NCBI RefSeq assembly: GCF_964194025.1
Contig: NC_134476.1
Coordinates: 16,926,001-16,990,000, forward strand
Length of the DNA stretch: 64,000 nucleotides
Source: Convolutriloba macropyga
Lineage: Eukaryota
Direction of reading: 5' to 3'
Part shown: positions 27,331 to 38,749 of the stretch, one piece after another
How positions within the stretch are numbered: the stretch's first letter is position 1
Layout: every line of letters starts with the position of its first letter
Translations under genes and position numbers: made by a program
Notes under the pieces: model-generated
Seen by the model: only the letters and a program-made list of their open reading frames with translations
The model's database searches: none
What the model was told of the DNA's origin: nothing

Positions 27331-28129
27331 TTTTGAGTTTTTCAAATTTTTCTTTCAAAAATTCGACTGACTGTTATACTGAGAAAGTCACTGAGCATAT
27401 GAAGTCAAAGTGTAACAACAGTTTACTGGTAGAGTTAGACGGAGTGTTAGTTTGTTGAAAGTTGCGTTTTACACGAGAACAAATTACCTATAAGGGTTTG
27501 CTTGCACTTTGACACAACTTTCCGAGTGTGGAACGCAACTATTGGTAGGAGTGTAGTTCAACTTCAACACACGATAACTTTTGACCATTAAGCGGCGTGA
27601 TCCTGTTTCAGAACTACTCATTTTACATTACTTCCATGCTTGGTAAATGGTTATGGTTGTAGTTATATCTTATATCTACCACAACTGAAACATAGCCAAT
27701 GCAGTATAATTACAATATATTCTTTTCTGTCGGGAAACAGTTCAAGTATTCAAAATACTCTTCTACAAAACTTTGTTTTAGACTTTCTCTACTCTTCGAG
27801 GGTGTATCGAAATGCTATTGTATTTTCAAACTTATTATCAGTTTTCTGTTTTACGTTTTTGGAAAATTTGAGAGTATTCTTATACTGTTGACAAAAATGG
27901 CTCTTTATTGCTATTATCAGCGTGTTTGTGTGGACACACTGTAATTCCTTGAAAGACAGTAAACAGTCCATCTTATCATTGTGCAAAAGTAAATTGTAGC
28001 TATATATAAGACAAAGATAGATAGCAAGCATTGGACATTAAACATTTGACATTTACCACTAACACTGATAACACATTTTTCAAATGTCAATTGGTGAAAA
28101 TCATAAAAGTGGCGGTGGAATAACTAAAA

Positions 28130-28870
28130 GCGTTCTAAATAGAGAAATTGAACTTCTTTAGTGTTTAAAAACCCTTTTTTACTATATGGTGAATAAAACA
28201 TGTTTTTTTAAAACTACTTAAGTAGTGAAAATTTTGCATTTTACAGAATTCCTACAGTCGGAAATTGACTTTTTACCTTTTAATACCTTTTTTACTATAT
28301 GGTCAATGAAACAAAAGTTTTTTTAACTACTTAAGTAGTGAAAATTATAAACTATTACAGAATTCTTACATATGAAAATTGACTTTTAACCATTTAAAAA
28401 CCTTCTTTACTATATGGTTAATAATGTAAAAGTTTTTTAAAGTACTTAAGTAGTGAAAATTTTGCACTTTTTTTAGAATTCCTACACATGAAAATTGACT
28501 TTTCACCATTTAAAAAACTTTATACTCTATGTTGAATAAAACAAAAGTTTTTTATAACTACTTAAGTAGTAAAAATTTTGCACTTTTACAGAATTCCTTC
28601 CAATGAAAATTGACCTTTAACATTTTAAAAACCTTTTTTTCTGTTTGGCTAATAAAATAAAAATTTTGGATAACTAACAAAATAGTGAAAAATTTGCGCT
28701 TTAACAGATTTCCTACATATGAAAATTGACTTTTTACCATTTGAAAACCTTTTTTTACTATACGGTTAATAAAAGAAAAGTTTTTTATAACTACCTAAAT
28801 AGTAAGATTTTTGCACTTTTACTGAATTCCTGCATATGAAAATTGACTTTTTACCATTTCAAACCCTTTC
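28130..28870. repeat. ~117-bp tandem repeat, ~6 copies, inside the Maverick
   Basis: GAAATTGAC/AAAATTGAC recurs at ~28261, 28375, 28491, 28606, 28722 and 28839. Most units carry palindromic (CT)ACTTAAGTAG. Confidence 0.9.
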
Positions 28871-29188
28871 ATTCTTCAATGTGCGTTATAAACAGAACTT
28901 TGCTCTCTGTTTTTTATGTTATAACATGTGAGCTTGTTTTCTTCCAACGTTCACTAACTAACATATTGACAGAATACTTTTTGATTCTGCCTTATCTTTC
29001 TTGTTTTTTTTCTCTAATCAAAAACAGATATTATGATGTTCAATTGAATTTACAATTGCAACTTGATGTTTTTTTACATAATCACAAACAAAAAATAATA
29101 TTAAAGCACACACAAATTATTTATTTAGAGGTTCAAAAAAATGGTAACTGTTTGAACAAGTTTCAGTTCTCAGAGTGTAGTTTAGTAC

Positions 29189-29930
29189 TCAATTATACAT
29201 ATAAGTGTTGTTCGATTGGCACGTTTTTTCTGTGGCGCCTTGTATAACTTGGGAGTCTCTGAAATCAAGGGTGTTCTGTTGGTTGAGGTTCTGTACATTT
29301 TGGAAGGATACTTTAGCTTTCTCTGCACTCTGCGTTGGTATCACAAAAGTTGTCTCTGAAAGAAGAGAACTATCAAAATTTGGTTCAATCTGCTCGGTTG
29401 ACACCATATTCCAAGATATTTTGTCCATGATTTAAGCAATAGCTGATTTTCGTTTTGTATCTGTTGTTTCCGGCGTAACAATGGGGCTTGGGTTGTTTGT
29501 TGCCGGTGATACAATTGGTGAAGTAGCTGGTGAGGTTGGTGGAGGTTGGATTCCCCAAAGTTGAAACAGCTCTTCTATTGCCTGCAAGTGGCCGGGTTGA
29601 TTCTCAAAAATAGGCACACCCTCACAATCGTATCGGTAAAAAGTCTCTTTGTGTCAGGAGAAAGTGTGTCAATGTCATAAGGGAACAGTAGGGGCCTTTT
29701 TCGCGGAACGCTGTATCTTCCAGCTGTTAACACAGTTTTCGAGCATTGTCTTTTGTAGATAAGTATCTATCTGGTAGTGTTGCAAAAAAATTAGCCCACA
29801 CTTTTGGTATGATGCAATGTTCAAAAGATCTCCAACAGCCTTTTCGCTATTTTTCTTTTACTCTATAAAAACGATGTAGTTTTTGTATTGAGTGTGATAG
29901 ACAATTCTAAGCTCCCAAGCATCTTCAGAC
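29189..29930 (-). pseudogene. unidentified Maverick accessory ORF(s), fragmented
   Basis: Adjacent open segments 29432-29617 (Pro/Thr/Ser-rich) and 29189-29428, with no recognised motif. Confidence 0.4.
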
Positions 29931-30769
29931 TAGCAAAGAATGTGGTAAGACATTACTTGTAAACCACTTTTAAATTTTGGTCTCCTGAAACTGGAGCAGA
30001 ACTGAACAACTATAGTCTTGAGTGTAAAACGAATAACTAAAATCCGGTAAATACCAACATTAGCAACACCTTTGAGTGAACATTGTTGAATACTTAACAC
30101 ACCCAGGTCAGGGGTTGTATCTGTATTTGTGAATGTTTACTCTACACGAACTTTTCTGTGTTATAGTTTTATGTATTGGTTACTAATTGCAAAGTGCATA
30201 ATAAGTTCTTATCTACACAGACATAAATCGAAGGGTTTTCAGTTTTTGATATGGAAGGGTTCATAAATCGAAGGGTTTTTTCATGTTGATATGTATACTA
30301 ACGTTTATAAAGTATACAATAGCAAGAAGTTTACAACCAGTTTTCTTTAGTATAGACTTATTTATATCAAACGCCTAAAGCCCCCAAGTTTTCGCTTGCT
30401 GTGTAATTTTGAGTTTTTTTTATCTATGGACACACCCAGAGGTCACAATTGTTTTCCATTAAATTGCACTAGGTCCTGCTCTATGTTGAGTAATATTATC
30501 CAAATATAAACTTTATTACCTACGCAATAAAACAGTTTATGTGAGGGTCACTTGTTTCGCCTTACATTTTGACGAAATTGCTAAGTTGTTTACCCAGATT
30601 TAAATTCAAACTCAAATCAGCAGCTCACATGTTAACCAAGAGCGCTCTTATCAGTAGCATGCATTTCAAGTGTTGTTTGTGTGTTGTGTGTTAAAGCCAC
30701 TTGCAAATAAAAACATTTCCGAAAAATCTTTCAAAACAGGTAGTTTGACACAGTTTACGAACACATTTC

Positions 30770-31144
30770 TTGAAAATGCCATTTACTGCTGATAAGGACG
30801 CGGAGTTTGAAGACGTGTATTTTGAAATCTCTAGAACAGAGAAAAGATTGATACGTGCAACAGTGAAGTCTTATAGAAATACGGGTACCTATCTATTTCT
30901 CCACCTGTTTAAAAACGTTGACAAAGAATATGAAATTCAACAACGAATTCCTCTAACTTTAGATGAGTTTGAGCTTTTGTCTAATAAGTCAGCAAAAATA
31001 CGTTCTGCTGTTGTAGATACAGCTGCTGAAAACGATCAAGCTAACAAGGCTCCAGCAGCGAAAAGTCGTAAAACTAAAAAAGAAGACCAGCACGACAATC
31101 AGGTTAATTGTAATATTTTAGAAAATGGTGGAAGCAATGTATAA
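30770..31144 (+). CDS. PC4-like ssDNA-binding protein (Maverick accessory)
   Basis: Pattern FEIS..RLIRATVKSYRN.GTYLFLHLF..QRIPLTLDEFELL resembles the PC4 fold (VTVxxF..IDIR..GIxLTxEQW). Confidence 0.55.
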   Translation: MKMPFTADKDAEFEDVYFEISRTEKRLIRATVKSYRNTGTYLFLHLFKNVDKEYEIQQRIPLTLDEFELLSNKSAKIRSAVVDTAAENDQANKAPAAKSRKTKKEDQHDNQVNCNILENGGSNV

Positions 31145-31600
31145 GCGGGTTTCTTTAAGCAGTTTCAGGAAAACTTTCAATATTTCATGTCGGAATAAAA
31201 ACCTAATTTTTCTTGTCTCAAGAACTTTGCTATTTGCATGCATTTTGAGAATATCCACTGTGATTATAAACCTACTAATCATTACCATGTTCTCATCGAC
31301 TTGATGGAGTTCTCAGAAGATTTTCTCAAACAAACAAAACCGTGTTGAGTTCGCTATATTTTTACAACTTTCGGGGATCTGTTCTCACCTTCGGATACAC
31401 TGGAAGCTGAGGGAGATAATTTTCAAAAAATTTTGCTGGCCGTGGAGTACAACAAAAGCAATTTCAACGGATACTGAAAAGCAGACACTGATTCTTCCGT
31501 ACAAAAGCGCTTGCCAATGTTTACGAAGAATGTCTTAAACAAATTTCAACAACCAAAAAGCTTACAACGAAAATGCTGATCAACTAAAAACTGAAACTGT
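31125..31600 (+). pseudogene. fragmented Maverick ORF with HUH-like motif
   Basis: FAICMHFENIHCDYKPTNHYHVLID is read from 31202 onward, with HYHVLI at 31280-31297. Confidence 0.35.
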
Positions 31601-31769
31601 TCAATTGATTCCCTCTGGACCGCATGTTGGTGCTTTTTGTTAAATAATGGAGATTTTTATAAGTGGATATGGAAAATTGGAAATTGATTCTGATGTTCTG
31701 TGTGTTCATTCCCTTTATAAAGAAAAAACTAAATTTTGAAAAAAAAAATATTTTCAATATAGGTTAGTA

Positions 31770-32203
31770 TTGTTGGAAAATAATATGAAGCGCAAAACGA
31801 AGCAAATCAATATCACTCATTTTTAATTGTTTTTGTCAACTGAAAATAATATAAGCAATATAAATACAAAATAAGCCACACAAAAATGAGTTATATTTAT
31901 GTATAGGTTGGTTTCTCAGTAATTCATATACGGTATTAACATTAAAGTTTGAGGCGATTTTGCTCTGCAAGTGTTTGTATGACGATAGAGTTTGGCCTAT
32001 GGGATCTGCAAAAATAAATTTTTGATCTCTTTGACAGAGAAGAATCCAATGGGTTCCAATTGATGCAGAGGCTGAAATATTGACTACAATGAAACTGTTG
32101 TCGATAAAGACTATTTGAAAGTTATCAGGCGCATAAAATCCGCGAAATTTGTTTTTTTGTTCCGAACATGTCTGAATCAGAGAATTCAATTGTCTTCGTC
32201 CAT
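31770..32203 (-). pseudogene. adenain-like maturation cysteine protease
   Basis: FRGFYAPD, FIVVN..GTHW, FADPIG and CGLFCIY provide the His-Asp-Cys triad motifs. Confidence 0.9.
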
Positions 32204-32210
32204 TAACTTG

Positions 32211-33140
32211 TTAAAATATGATTTTTTTAAACTTTGTGCGCCGAATCAATGTAAATGGTACTTGCTTTTTACCAATAATGAACATTTCTGCATTATGAGC
32301 CAAGGCCGCAGAAAACATTAGTTCAATTGATACGGAACAATTTGTAAGTTTGGCATGAATAAAATCATGAGACGCTGCTGAGTACTCGTCAGATTGAAAA
32401 CCATAATAAAATGATTCCATTTCTATTGTCGATTTTGGCTAAATCTGACATAGTGTTAAAGAAAACACAATTTGATTCTTCAGTTGAAATAGGAGTATCA
32501 GCAAATGGGAGACATTTACGGTGAATGCAAATTTGTTCCGAATTAAAATTTCTATAGTAAAATTGGTTATGCGGCTTGCTTCCGAGGAAAGCTTCGTTCG
32601 TGATTAAGCAAATGGCGAGTCTTCTAATGGGCTCTCTACCCAAAACATCTTCTTGCTTTCAGCTCCGCAAAACAGGCAGAAAACAGAAAATTTGCAGTAA
32701 CCGTTTCTAGTTAAGGATGGGATAGACAGCAGGGTCTTTTCTATTGCTGACACAACATCATCGTCCAGCGTCATTTTCCGTACATATAAATTAGGTTCTG
32801 TAATTTTTATTTTGTAGGGTTTTCCAGCGTCATCTGAAATTAAAAAAAACAGTCAATTGATCGTCGAAAAGAGATTCGAAGAGTTACACATCTGCGCAGC
32901 AATGTTGTCATATTTCAAATCGGCGTCAGAAGATTTTACAATCTTGCACTTGATTTAAAGAAAAATTATTTGGAGATCAAACGAAATTTGCGGTCTCCTG
33001 CAAATTCATAATCTAGCATTGGTCCATTAGCGTTGTAAACTGGTCCTAATTTCTGACAAAAACTTCCATCAAATATAACAAGAAGAGTTAGTTTCTCAAA
33101 TAAATCCAGCGAAATATGCGTTGCTTCGGCTGGTAACATA
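32211..33140 (-). pseudogene. major capsid protein (double jelly-roll), frameshifted with an internal deletion
   Basis: SLDLFEK, GPMLDYEFAGD, LYVRKMTL, EPIRRLAICLITNEAFLGS..NQFYYRNF, SIELMF. Confidence 0.85.
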
Positions 33141-33147
33141 TTTTTGA

Positions 33148-33576
33148 TCATCTTTTACTTTGGCGGAGAAGTCCGACCGACTTCTTTTGGGTACTCTTTT
33201 TCCTGAAATTGTGGTTTTGCGTTGTTTTCTTCGATCCAGTGCGTAAGCGTTTTGATTTCCTTCTCATTCTTCTTTTTCCTCTCATTCGGAGGGCTAAAGA
33301 TCCACCTGTTTGTTTTTTCACTGAGTTTGATATTGTGCTCTTTAGAGCCGGCTTTGGTGATTTCTTTTTACCGATAACATCCATCAAATCAGGGACGCTT
33401 TGCAGCAACAGTTCTATTCTGATGCGCGTAGCTGCTGTCAAAACAAACTTCCGAGCAAGTGGCAGTGCAACACGTCCCATACCGCTAGCTAATGCTCCAA
33501 AACCATAACCACTTTGCATAAAGTGACAGTAAAAGTGAGGCAATGATGATGCTTGATTTGCGTAGTAGGAGTCCAC
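33148..33576 (-). CDS. basic core/PZ-like Maverick protein
   Basis: YYANQA..LPHF...QSGYGFGALASGMGRVALPL motif with an Arg/Lys-rich tail, in the usual position between minor and major capsid genes. Confidence 0.75.
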   Translation of the reverse strand: MDSYYANQASSLPHFYCHFMQSGYGFGALASGMGRVALPLARKFVLTAATRIRIELLLQSVPDLMDVIGKKKSPKPALKSTISNSVKKQTGGSLALRMRGKRRMRRKSKRLRTGSKKTTQNHNFRKKSTQKKSVGLLRQSKR

Positions 33577-33599
33577 TTAACCACCAAATTCTTTAATTG

Positions 33600-34240
33600 G
33601 TAATGTTAAAATAGCTTTGTTAAAATAAATATGTTAATACTGATACTCAATTGTCTTTGTGTGACTAAAAATTAAATGCTTTCCAGCGCAAAGGTCTGCA
33701 GGAAAATCACCATAATAAGCTTTCGTATCATCATTTATCATTAATTGGCTTGTCCGTTTCTGGAATACATTTAAAGCTAATTGTACTATGTATTTCTTCA
33801 CTTGGAAAGATAATTCCCTCGTATTTACCAAAAATGAGTTCATATTTCCCACTGCTTTTGATTTCTTGGAAAGAAAAGTTAGGCAGATCGACTGTTCTCT
33901 TGATAGTTGCTAAAAGTTGATCACATGTATCATAAGTGCCGGCCATAACCTGTAAATTTGCTCCATTGTAGGGTCGTGAATTAACATTAGATCCAGTTGC
34001 CCGGTTTTGTGATTCCTCATATCCCCTGAGACTGAACGCAACCCAATTTCCATTAACTATGTGTTCAATTTTTGTCGGAGAAAATGTTTCACTCAGAGCA
34101 ACTCTCCAGTCTCCTGTGAGATTATTATCATCAAGAAAAAATTTTCTGAAATTTGCTAATGTGATTTCCTGGATAATGTCCATCGAAGCAGATGATATAA
34201 CGTGTACAGTGAACTCATCCTCAAAACGGTTACTAATCAT
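33600..34240 (-). pseudogene. minor capsid protein (penton, single jelly-roll), C-terminally deleted
   Basis: FTVHVISSASMD..TLANFR..LTGDWRVALSE..P and later HLIFSHTKTIEYQY. Confidence 0.85.
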
Positions 34241-34261
34241 TTTGATCTGGAGATTCTTGCA

Positions 34262-35150
34262 CTAGTTGTAATTCTGGCTGATTAAACTTGCCCTGGATAA
34301 TTTCTTTATTAGAATCAATAACAGAATATGTAGGTGGATTAAGCGTCGGAATACCGGCATTTTCATAAGCTTCGTCAGCGAACGATTACTTGTATCCTTT
34401 TTGGAATGCTTCCCCCTTTTTACGATTCGAACAAAGTCACCAGAGTAAAGTTTTGGTTTTTGACTGGGAAGTGTCTGCACATTTAATGATACAAAGCTTG
34501 GTACATCTTTTTGGTAACTTTGCTAGGAGCAAGTTTGGTGATACGATTAACACGAGAGTTAATAGTTTTACGAATTGATCCAAATTGTTAATATAAGAAA
34601 ATGTCCACTTTCCTCTAAATATCTGTTAATAATATTTTTAAGTGACCTGATGTTCCTCTCCGCAAATGCAAACTTCTTTTCGCTTAAAGAACTATACAAA
34701 TGAATTACTCGTTTGTTGCAGTGTTTTGAAAGCCCCCAAAAACTCCGTGTCATCATCTACCCAAACTTATTGTGGTTGCTTGTGCTTGATCATGTTTTGG
34801 AAGGATTTTGTTGTTTCTGTTGCGTATTTTGTTTTCACCGGTTCAACACGTAGATACCTCGAGAGGCAATCAACTGCTACGAGCAAAAAACTAACATCAC
34901 GATTGTTAATTGCAAGCTTGTCAATCTAGCTAAATCTAAAGACTATATTTCATTCAGATCGTTGACGATTGCTTTTAATCGAAGAAAATTCAACCGCCGA
35001 GCACAATATTTTGTGAAGGATGGTTTTGTTTCCAATTACAATTTGACTTTTGTCATTGGTAATTTGCTCAAATCTTGTAATTGCTTTGTACTTCCGAATG
35101 ATGCTGGACCTTTAGTATAGAGTCTATCCAGTAGTTGCACATCTTTAATA
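34262..35150 (-). pseudogene. retroviral-like (rve) integrase
   Basis: LYTKGPASFGS, LLVAVDCLSRYLRVEP, WVDDDTEF, AFAERNIRSLKNII, PKLYSGDFVRI. Confidence 0.92.
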
Positions 35151-36225
35151 ATGAGACAATTTTTTTTCCTTTTGTCTCCTGCTCTGTCTTTTTGTTGGTT
35201 TGATTTTTTGGTTTTGCTGGTTTTGATCCGGAGTCTTTACTTTGACTTCCACTGCTCCGTTCGCTTTTTTGTTGTTCAGGTTTTCCTTGAATGGTTCAAT
35301 TTACTCTTCCTTCTCCTCTTGGCTGTAAACTTTTTTGAGGTATTTTTTAGCATGAGTGTTGGATACTAAATGTGGGGAATCCTGAGTTCATACAAAAGTT
35401 TTAAGTACACGGCTAGATCAATTTTCTCTGTCGGTTGTTGCAAATTGTACAAAAGTTGATATTTTAACTCTCATAGGTTTGTCCTCAATATGAAGGAAAC
35501 CACTCTGGTCCTCAATGGAAACTGTTTCTGAACTAAATATCTTGTTAAGGATTATTTCAGCTCTTTGTATTTCGTTTTCTTCCATTAATTTTACTTCCGA
35601 CCATATAGACTCAAAGTCTGATCGTCTTTTTTTATTACGGGCTCAATTTCGCCATCATCACGAAAGAAAGACTGTGCACTTTCACTTCCATCATCTAATT
35701 CACTTTTTAGATCAACACTACTTGATCTTCTTCTTTTGCTCTTGTTCAAGATTTTAGTTTAATTAGTTTCCTGTTCAGTCGCCTCTTAGCTCTCAAAATC
35801 TGTTGGGTTGTTTCGTTGGAGGACTGGGAATTGAGCAGCTTTCTGTTTATAATTTGGATTATCCAAAATTTCTCTCCTAGTCGGCTGTTTTGACACAAAA
35901 ATTCTTTTCCGTACCAAGACAAACTCCTCCGCATGCATTAATAATTCGTCAAGTTAGGTTAACAAGAGAGACTTTTGCTTCGGAGTAGCTGTAAATTTAT
36001 TACCAATAGCCGGCGCTTTTTCCTCAAACCTGTCTCTTTTGAGAGAAAATGTCAAATCGATGATTCGTAGTTCAAGTAAACTTTTATCCGTGGTCATGTT
36101 TCCAATCATAACATTCAGAAAGCATTCACAGAGAAATTTTTTAATTTTATTTTATGAATTTTTGATGAATTTTTTAGCATGCTTTCCGGCATCTCGAGCA
36201 TTGACTTCAGAATACATATATCTTT
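35150..36225 (-). pseudogene. two conserved Maverick hypothetical ORFs between ATPase and integrase
   Basis: KFLCECFLNVMIGNM (~36100-36145) matches the recurrent Maverick CECxLNxLxGN motif. A second fragmented ORF contains LYNLQQP. Confidence 0.6.
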
Positions 36226-36239
36226 CTCTCTCATTTCTG

Positions 36240-36889
36240 AGGTGGGTAGTTACAGCTTTGGAATATGGCAGATGGAAAATTTTTGGCCTCGGTGGTACAA
36301 TATTTGAACAATAACGTAGTGAGTAGATTGTTTTTGGGTCTAAATCAATCAATAAGTGACCGAATGATTGTTTTGTCGCGAGATCATCGCTGTCTTTTGA
36401 AATGTTTGTATTATTATTATTTGTATAAAGAGTTGTTTTCCAATATAACTTATCTGCTGTATATCTCTGTGAGTTGTGAACAAAATGATGTGTGTTGTGT
36501 TGAGATCAATTGTTCGAGACCATTTACTCTGTTGAAACAAATTATGCTTAACATAGATAACAAGGATTTTTGTGGCGTCCAGCTGTTGCAAGATTTGAAA
36601 ACTCCTTATCATTGAAAATTTCTGCGCAAGAATTGTCAAAGACGTTTAAACAGTTTTCCAACTGCGAAATGAAATCAAATCCCGGAAATTTGGTAAAATA
36701 AGGGTTCAAGTTACGCTTCATCGTTTGAAATTTTGGTTGATCATGTTGATAGAAATAGTATATTGACTTGAAATTAGAGAAAAACGTATTCTTAGGAAGC
36801 ATTTGAAAAATAATTTTGGTCTTTCCTCGACCTGAAGGACCACAGATTGCCATCAAAAGAATATCACTTATTGATATTATTTTATTCAT
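36240..36889 (-). pseudogene. A32-like DNA packaging ATPase
   Basis: Walker A GPSGRGKT, Walker B-like VFDN, AGRHKN, KHNLFQQSKWSRTIDLNTTHIILF, MIDLDPKT..LRYCSNI. Confidence 0.92.
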
Positions 36890-37170
36890 AACTTAGGATT
36901 TGGAAGTGCGTATCCAATTGTGCAGGATAGCAATGAAAACCAAAAAGATGACTACTCACAATCGAGGAGGAAAAAAAACTATTTTGATCAGTGAAACTAC
37001 AATAAGAAAAAAGGAAACTTGTGTAAAATAAATTACCTCAGAGCGCTGTAGTCTAGAGTTGTAAAATCTCCAAGATCGTCTCTCTTTGTTTTGATCATCA
37101 AAAACCAAATCAGTGATTCCTGCTTCTCCACCCCAGCGCAATCTAATTGATCTTCCGATTGACTCATTTT
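36886..37170 (-). pseudogene. small two-TM Maverick membrane protein
   Basis: WRF..RSEVIYFTQV followed by a hydrophobic stretch, then (frameshifted) FWFSLLSCTIGYALPNP, a motif seen upstream of Maverick ATPases. Confidence 0.65.
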
Positions 37171-37625
37171 GAAAGCAAAAGATTCTCAAAAATTAATTCA
37201 ATTCAAATTTGTGTAATTTGATAGCTTATTATTTAGTTAGTTCATCAACCATAAAAAATTTTTTAAGTTATAAATTCAGCGTTTATATCTTCCTTCTTAT
37301 ATGTTACTTTATAGTTCGCTTGGAGTCACTGCCATAGTGGACAAATGATTCCACCTTCCCTTCTCTGACTGCCTCTTCGATTTCATCGGGGAGACTCTCA
37401 TCGTCCAGGGGTACTGGTTCTGGCACTGGATACTTGGGCGCAGGTAAAAGGGTTAGTTTCAGTCTTTTCAGTTTCTATTGTAAAGACATGATACATTTGA
37501 AAGTACCCCATCAGTGAAAGATATTTCAGTAGTTTCAATTTCAGCAGTTTTACAAAGTATTTACTGCTTCCTTAGTACAATTTGATCACGAGAATCAATA
37601 TTTTCTTCTTTCAGAAACCAGGTTA

Positions 37626-38219
37626 TCACTTGCAATGCAACTGCATACTGTCAAATTTGGAGATAAATGCACTTGAATAACTGCAGGAGTTACTTTCTCC
37701 ACACGACCACTCATTAGTTGTTACTGTTATCGAATAAAAGTATACATATGCCTTTCTCTTTGCGCAAAGCTTTTTCCTTTGTTTGAATGGTAGTATAGTT
37801 GAATGAAGTGAACAAGTCAAGTGATCTCCTGGAGTGAATATTTCTTCAACTTTTGGACATAGCAATTTTTGTAAATTTGTTATGACTTTTTGAAGGAGTT
37901 TCTGCAGTGTCTTCGTCTTCTCCTTCCCCTTTGCGTAGAATTTAGCAGTAGAAAATCGGATTTTGATTGTTATAATATTTTGTGATAAAAAACAAGTATG
38001 GTTAGCTGCCATTGCCCACGAAATACCATGCAAACGCTTCGTAACCCACTGATGCGATTTTCCCTCACTCGGGGACAGCGAGTTGAAGGAAATTGGAGGA
38101 AGACAAAGAACCGTGTCTGAGTAATTGTTTGAACAAAAAGATAACTCTTTTATAATAAATCCACTCTTTTTGTGTCGAAAACTTTCAAAGAATATAACAA
38201 CAATCGCTGGGCTCAACAT
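37626..38219 (-). CDS. DEDD exonuclease-like Maverick accessory protein (degenerate)
   Basis: VIFFESFR..FIIKELS, WVTKRLHGISW, FYAKGKEK, and a C-terminal Cys/His cluster. Confidence 0.6.
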   Translation of the reverse strand: MLSPAIVVIFFESFRHKKSGFIIKELSFCSNNYSDTVLCLPPISFNSLSPSEGKSHQWVTKRLHGISWAMAANHTCFLSQNIITIKIRFSTAKFYAKGKEKTKTLQKLLQKVITNLQKLLCPKVEEIFTPGDHLTCSLHSTILPFKQRKKLCAKRKAYVYFYSITVTTNEWSCGESNSCSYSSAFISKFDSMQLHCK

Positions 38220-38560
38220 TCCAAAAAACTGAATGGTTTACGTTTGAACGTTTTTACGAACATGCAGATGAATAGACCAGTCAGGTGACCAACGCAAGCG
38301 TTTGTGATTGGACAAGGCAAAACGGAAGAGTATCGTGGACCCTTTTGGCTATAACCTGCGATAAATCCGGAGGCATCATGCAGAATTGCATGTAAGCGAA
38401 GCACTTTAAATGATTTCCAATAAGTGCCCAATGAAGAGTTATCTATTCCAATGATACCATCATAAGGCCTCAACTTTAGTGCAATTTCTAGGTTAAAATC
38501 GGGGTCCAAGTGCAAGCAGGTTGCCAATAAGTAAATCTACCTTCGCGATAATTGTTGTCA
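38213..38560 (-). CDS. Maverick accessory protein with HAILHDA motif (possible PLA2-like)
   Basis: LRLHAILHDASG..KGPRY..CVGHLTGL. Confidence 0.45.
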
Positions 38561-38749
38561 TGTTGTTTTTTAGCAAGCATTATAGACAAAAGAAAATTAG
38601 GTGATTTTGCAGGGTATTGTGATTACTTTTTTGTGTGTATCTACATGACAGTTCTTTTTCCCCCCAAGGTTTTCAAAGCTCTTCCTGGTTGGTTTCTTTA
38701 AAAAAATTTTTTATCAAAGAGTCCCCCCTCCCCTCTATCAGACTCAGAG

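Noticed and set aside
28130-28870. CRISPR-like array
   Set aside because: Whole units repeat with no unique spacers, the context is eukaryotic, and there are no cas genes.
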